Below are positions 61,638 to 64,000 of a DNA stretch of 64,000 nucleotides, in pieces; the first letter of the stretch is position 1, and each line of letters opens with the position of its first letter. The position numbers and the translations under genes were made by a program. Below the pieces are notes generated by a model. That model made no database searches, was not told where the DNA came from, and saw only the letters and a program-made list of their open reading frames with translations. This stretch comes from a virus, in IMG/VR virus record IMGVR_UViG_3300011271_000009, positions 2,076 through 66,075 of that record. One strand, 5' to 3'.

Positions 61638-62006
61638 TGCACCATTCCACGCAGCGCACATGTAAGCGATTGATTCCGCATCACTTACCCAATCGCTGCG
61701 CCCGTTTGCCCCGCACATTGCCCCATGACATAGCCCTTGATTCGACCAGCCCAGCACCTGTACCTGCGGCTCTTCAGTCTCTCAACTTCGCTGTGCTGCG
61801 TGCTGTGTTGTTTCCGATAAGGTACTGGACTGATTTAGTTGGCCGGGGGCGGAGCACCCCAGGGCCTCGGCGATTCTCCGCCACTGCTAGAACTCCAACC
61901 CAGAAAAAAATCCGCAAATCGGCCCACCCTGCTGCCCGATTTGCCCACTCCATGCGATGGGCATTCCCGCGCCTAGGCTGCCCTACAGCAGCCCCGGAGC
62001 CCTGCC

Positions 62007-62408
62007 ATGGCAGTTAACCCTGCTCGGCGCGATAGGCTCACCCCAGTCTACTTCCAAGGCCAGGACACCTCACTAGACGAACCCGACCACTATGTGGATC
62101 GGGGCGAACGGGAGCGCCTACTGGGCAATGGCACCTGCATCAGCGTGCTACGCGGCAAGGCCCTGCTCCGGCTGGACACCTGCCTGCCACTAGCGCAAGT
62201 GCAGATGGATCAATCGATTCGGGGACGCCAGCGCAATGTACGCGACGAGTCCTGCACGATAGGCGGACCCTGCCCTCAGCATCTCTCCACACCTGAGCGC
62301 CCACGCTATTCCATCATGGAGCGCTACATGCTGGACCGCTTCAACGGGCTCAACTGGACGCGTGCGGTGATGGCAGTGAATGGCTGGAAGCCGCAGCCCA
62401 CACCATGA
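62007..62408 (+). CDS. hypothetical protein
   Basis: ORF with phage codon usage; ATGA overlap downstream. Confidence 0.6.
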   Translation: MAVNPARRDRLTPVYFQGQDTSLDEPDHYVDRGERERLLGNGTCISVLRGKALLRLDTCLPLAQVQMDQSIRGRQRNVRDESCTIGGPCPQHLSTPERPRYSIMERYMLDRFNGLNWTRAVMAVNGWKPQPTP

Positions 62409-62746
62409 GCCGCATCGGTGCTGCTGGCATGTCATTCGCAGCATCGCCGCCCCTTCCGCTATCAGCCGTCCGTGAGATCAAGACTTGTGAGCTATGTGGC
62501 GGCCTCTTTGTACGCCCCGCAGAACTGCCCGACCAGCGCACCTGCCGGGACTGCGGCAAGAAGCAGCAGGCCTCCCGCCAGAAGGCAGCGCTGCTCCGCC
62601 TGGAGATCGCCCAGCTGGCCAGCGAATCAGCCCGTTTCAAGCCTTTCGGCACTCGCGGCGGACATACCCGCGTAGCCAATCAGCGCCAAAGGGACGCTGA
62701 CCGGGCTGCAGCCGGGATCGCACTCATCGATTACTTTGGAGGCTAA
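62405..62746 (+). CDS. zinc-ribbon protein
   Basis: CELCG...CRDC. Confidence 0.6.
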   Translation: MSRIGAAGMSFAASPPLPLSAVREIKTCELCGGLFVRPAELPDQRTCRDCGKKQQASRQKAALLRLEIAQLASESARFKPFGTRGGHTRVANQRQRDADRAAAGIALIDYFGG

Positions 62747-62750
62747 AGTT

Positions 62751-63040
62751 TGTGCCGTGGCCGTGGGCAGCAGACGCATCTCCCGGTGGTGTCAAGCCGG
62801 GACCAAGTCGAAAGTAATCCCACGGGCGTCTAAGCTAAGCCGAGCGTGTCACCGCCAGACCAGGTCTGGGGTGTAGGTGAATTAACACCGCTGCTCGGAC
62901 GGTTCCTGAACGCGGGGACAGCGGCCCAAGAGGTCGAAGTGGAACTAGGCCTCACCTGCTGGCAGGCTTGGCCGGTAGGCATATCGAGGCCGGAAAAGCC
63001 CCTGAGCCGACGTGACCGGGCGGAACTCGTCGGCGGCACA
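62751..63040 (+). ncRNA. candidate ~290-nt structured ncRNA with pseudoknot
   Basis: terminal helix TGTGCC/GGCACA; interleaved CCGTGGG/CCCACGG and AGACGC/GCGTCT; at least six further helices. Confidence 0.6.
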
Positions 63041-63067
63041 GTTTTAATGAGAGGGAGGAACGCACAG

Positions 63068-63328
63068 ATGGTACGAGGAAAGTTCCAAGTCACGAAGGTA
63101 GCTAAGTGTGGATACTGGCAGCCCAGTATGCCCGACACCGAAATCACGCTCACCGCACAGTATGACAGCAGCATCGAGGAAGACCGGCGCTTCGCTGTGG
63201 CCACCCCCAGCGGCCAGATCACCATGTACGTGACCAACCCCGCCGCCATCGAGCAGCTGCAGCTGGGTAAGTTCTTCTACGTGGACTTCAGCGAATGTGT
63301 GGCGACCGTAGAGGCACCGAAGCCGTGA
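63068..63328 (+). CDS. conserved phage hypothetical protein
   Basis: MVRGKFQV...ATPSGQITMYVTNP...FYVDFS; GGGAGG RBS. Confidence 0.75.
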   Translation: MVRGKFQVTKVAKCGYWQPSMPDTEITLTAQYDSSIEEDRRFAVATPSGQITMYVTNPAAIEQLQLGKFFYVDFSECVATVEAPKP

Positions 63329-63564
63329 GCAGACTGCGCCGGGATAAACTCAGCGCTAAGGAGCAGGCCTTGGGGCCACATAATCTCTGGCGACCTGGCC
63401 GTGAGGGGCGTCAAAAGCAGCAGGCCTATTGTTGCCCTGTGTGCTTATTCAGCAGCAAAACCGATGAAGAGTTCAAGGCGCACTGGAAGGCTGCTCACGC
63501 AGGCAATACGCTCCACATGGCCCATGCCTACAAAACTAACCGCTGGATTCGGCTGGGCCGCTGA
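63325..63564 (+). CDS. small C2H2-like zinc-finger protein
   Basis: CPVC...FKAHWKAAH; GTGA overlap. Confidence 0.55.
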   Translation: MSRLRRDKLSAKEQALGPHNLWRPGREGRQKQQAYCCPVCLFSSKTDEEFKAHWKAAHAGNTLHMAHAYKTNRWIRLGR

Positions 63565-64000
63565 TGGCAACTAACGCCTACAGCCATCTCAAGGCATTCC
63601 GCCATCCTGACGTGCTGCACTCCATCCGCGAGGGCAAGCCTGCCCGCCTGCCCCACGTGGAGCTGATCCTCAGCGACTTATGCCAGCAGGGCTGCAAGTT
63701 CTGCGCTTATCGTCTGGAAGGCTATGCCAGCAATCAGCGCTTCGATGAACGGCGGATGATACCCACAGACAAGGCGCTGGAGATTCTGGACGACTGTGCC
63801 GAGATCGGCGTCCAGGCCGTACAGTACACCGGAGGCGGAGAGCCCACGCTGCACCCAGCCTTCGAGCAAGCTATTCGACGCACCCAGGAGCTGGGAATGC
63901 AGTTCTCCTTGGTATCCAACGGTGTGCGCATCACCCCTAAGCTGGCTGAATCAATTGTCCACGCAGCCTGGGTACGCATCTCGCTGGACGCAGCCTCAGA
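63564..64000 (+). CDS. radical SAM protein (5' part, runs off the window)
   Basis: manual translation SDLCQQGCKFCAY (CxxxCxxC), YTGGGEPTLHP, SNG. Confidence 0.88.
   Translation, partial: MATNAYSHLKAFRHPDVLHSIREGKPARLPHVELILSDLCQQGCKFCAYRLEGYASNQRFDERRMIPTDKALEILDDCAEIGVQAVQYTGGGEPTLHPAFEQAIRRTQELGMQFSLVSNGVRITPKLAESIVHAAWVRISLDAAS

Noticed and set aside
1-64000. Genome-wide UGA reassignment
   Set aside because: Many genes end in TGA within ATGA overlaps and long genes are uninterrupted under code 11

Overview
This window is most of the genome of a temperate tailed phage (Caudoviricetes, GC-rich, podovirus-like, with P22-type portal and internal ejection proteins; host not determinable). Positions 1-26.1 kb (+) hold the packaging and morphogenesis module. 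It contains terL with a LAGLIDADG intein flanked by two HNH genes, portal, scaffold, a glycosyltransferase/phosphatase insert, a major capsid gene split after codon 6 by a group I intron with a LAGLIDADG ORF, and tail and ejection proteins. Positions 26.1-61 kb (mostly -) hold early and middle genes. These include a large secreted PKD/propeller protein, a family A DNA polymerase split into two genes (UDG-exonuclease half, and polymerase half with an intein), GroES, an ATPase, a Cas4-like nuclease, Ro60/TROVE, an integrase and many small Zn-finger ORFs. Positions 61.2-64 kb (+) hold terS, a structured RNA and a truncated radical SAM gene, which fits a circularly permuted genome continuing towards position 1. 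Main highlights: (i) a 1.5 kb array of at least seven Y-RNA-like modules upstream of Ro60 that share one scaffold but carry different cargo, including perfect tRNA anticodon stem-loops (CAU, UGA); (ii) a gap-filling ORF with one in-frame UGA followed by an fdhF-like SECIS hairpin; (iii) the polymerase split between the two halves of a putative Zn site; (iv) two further large structured RNAs; (v) a family of hairpins that present the Shine-Dalgarno sequence in the loop. All family calls come from motif recognition by eye; no database searches were run.
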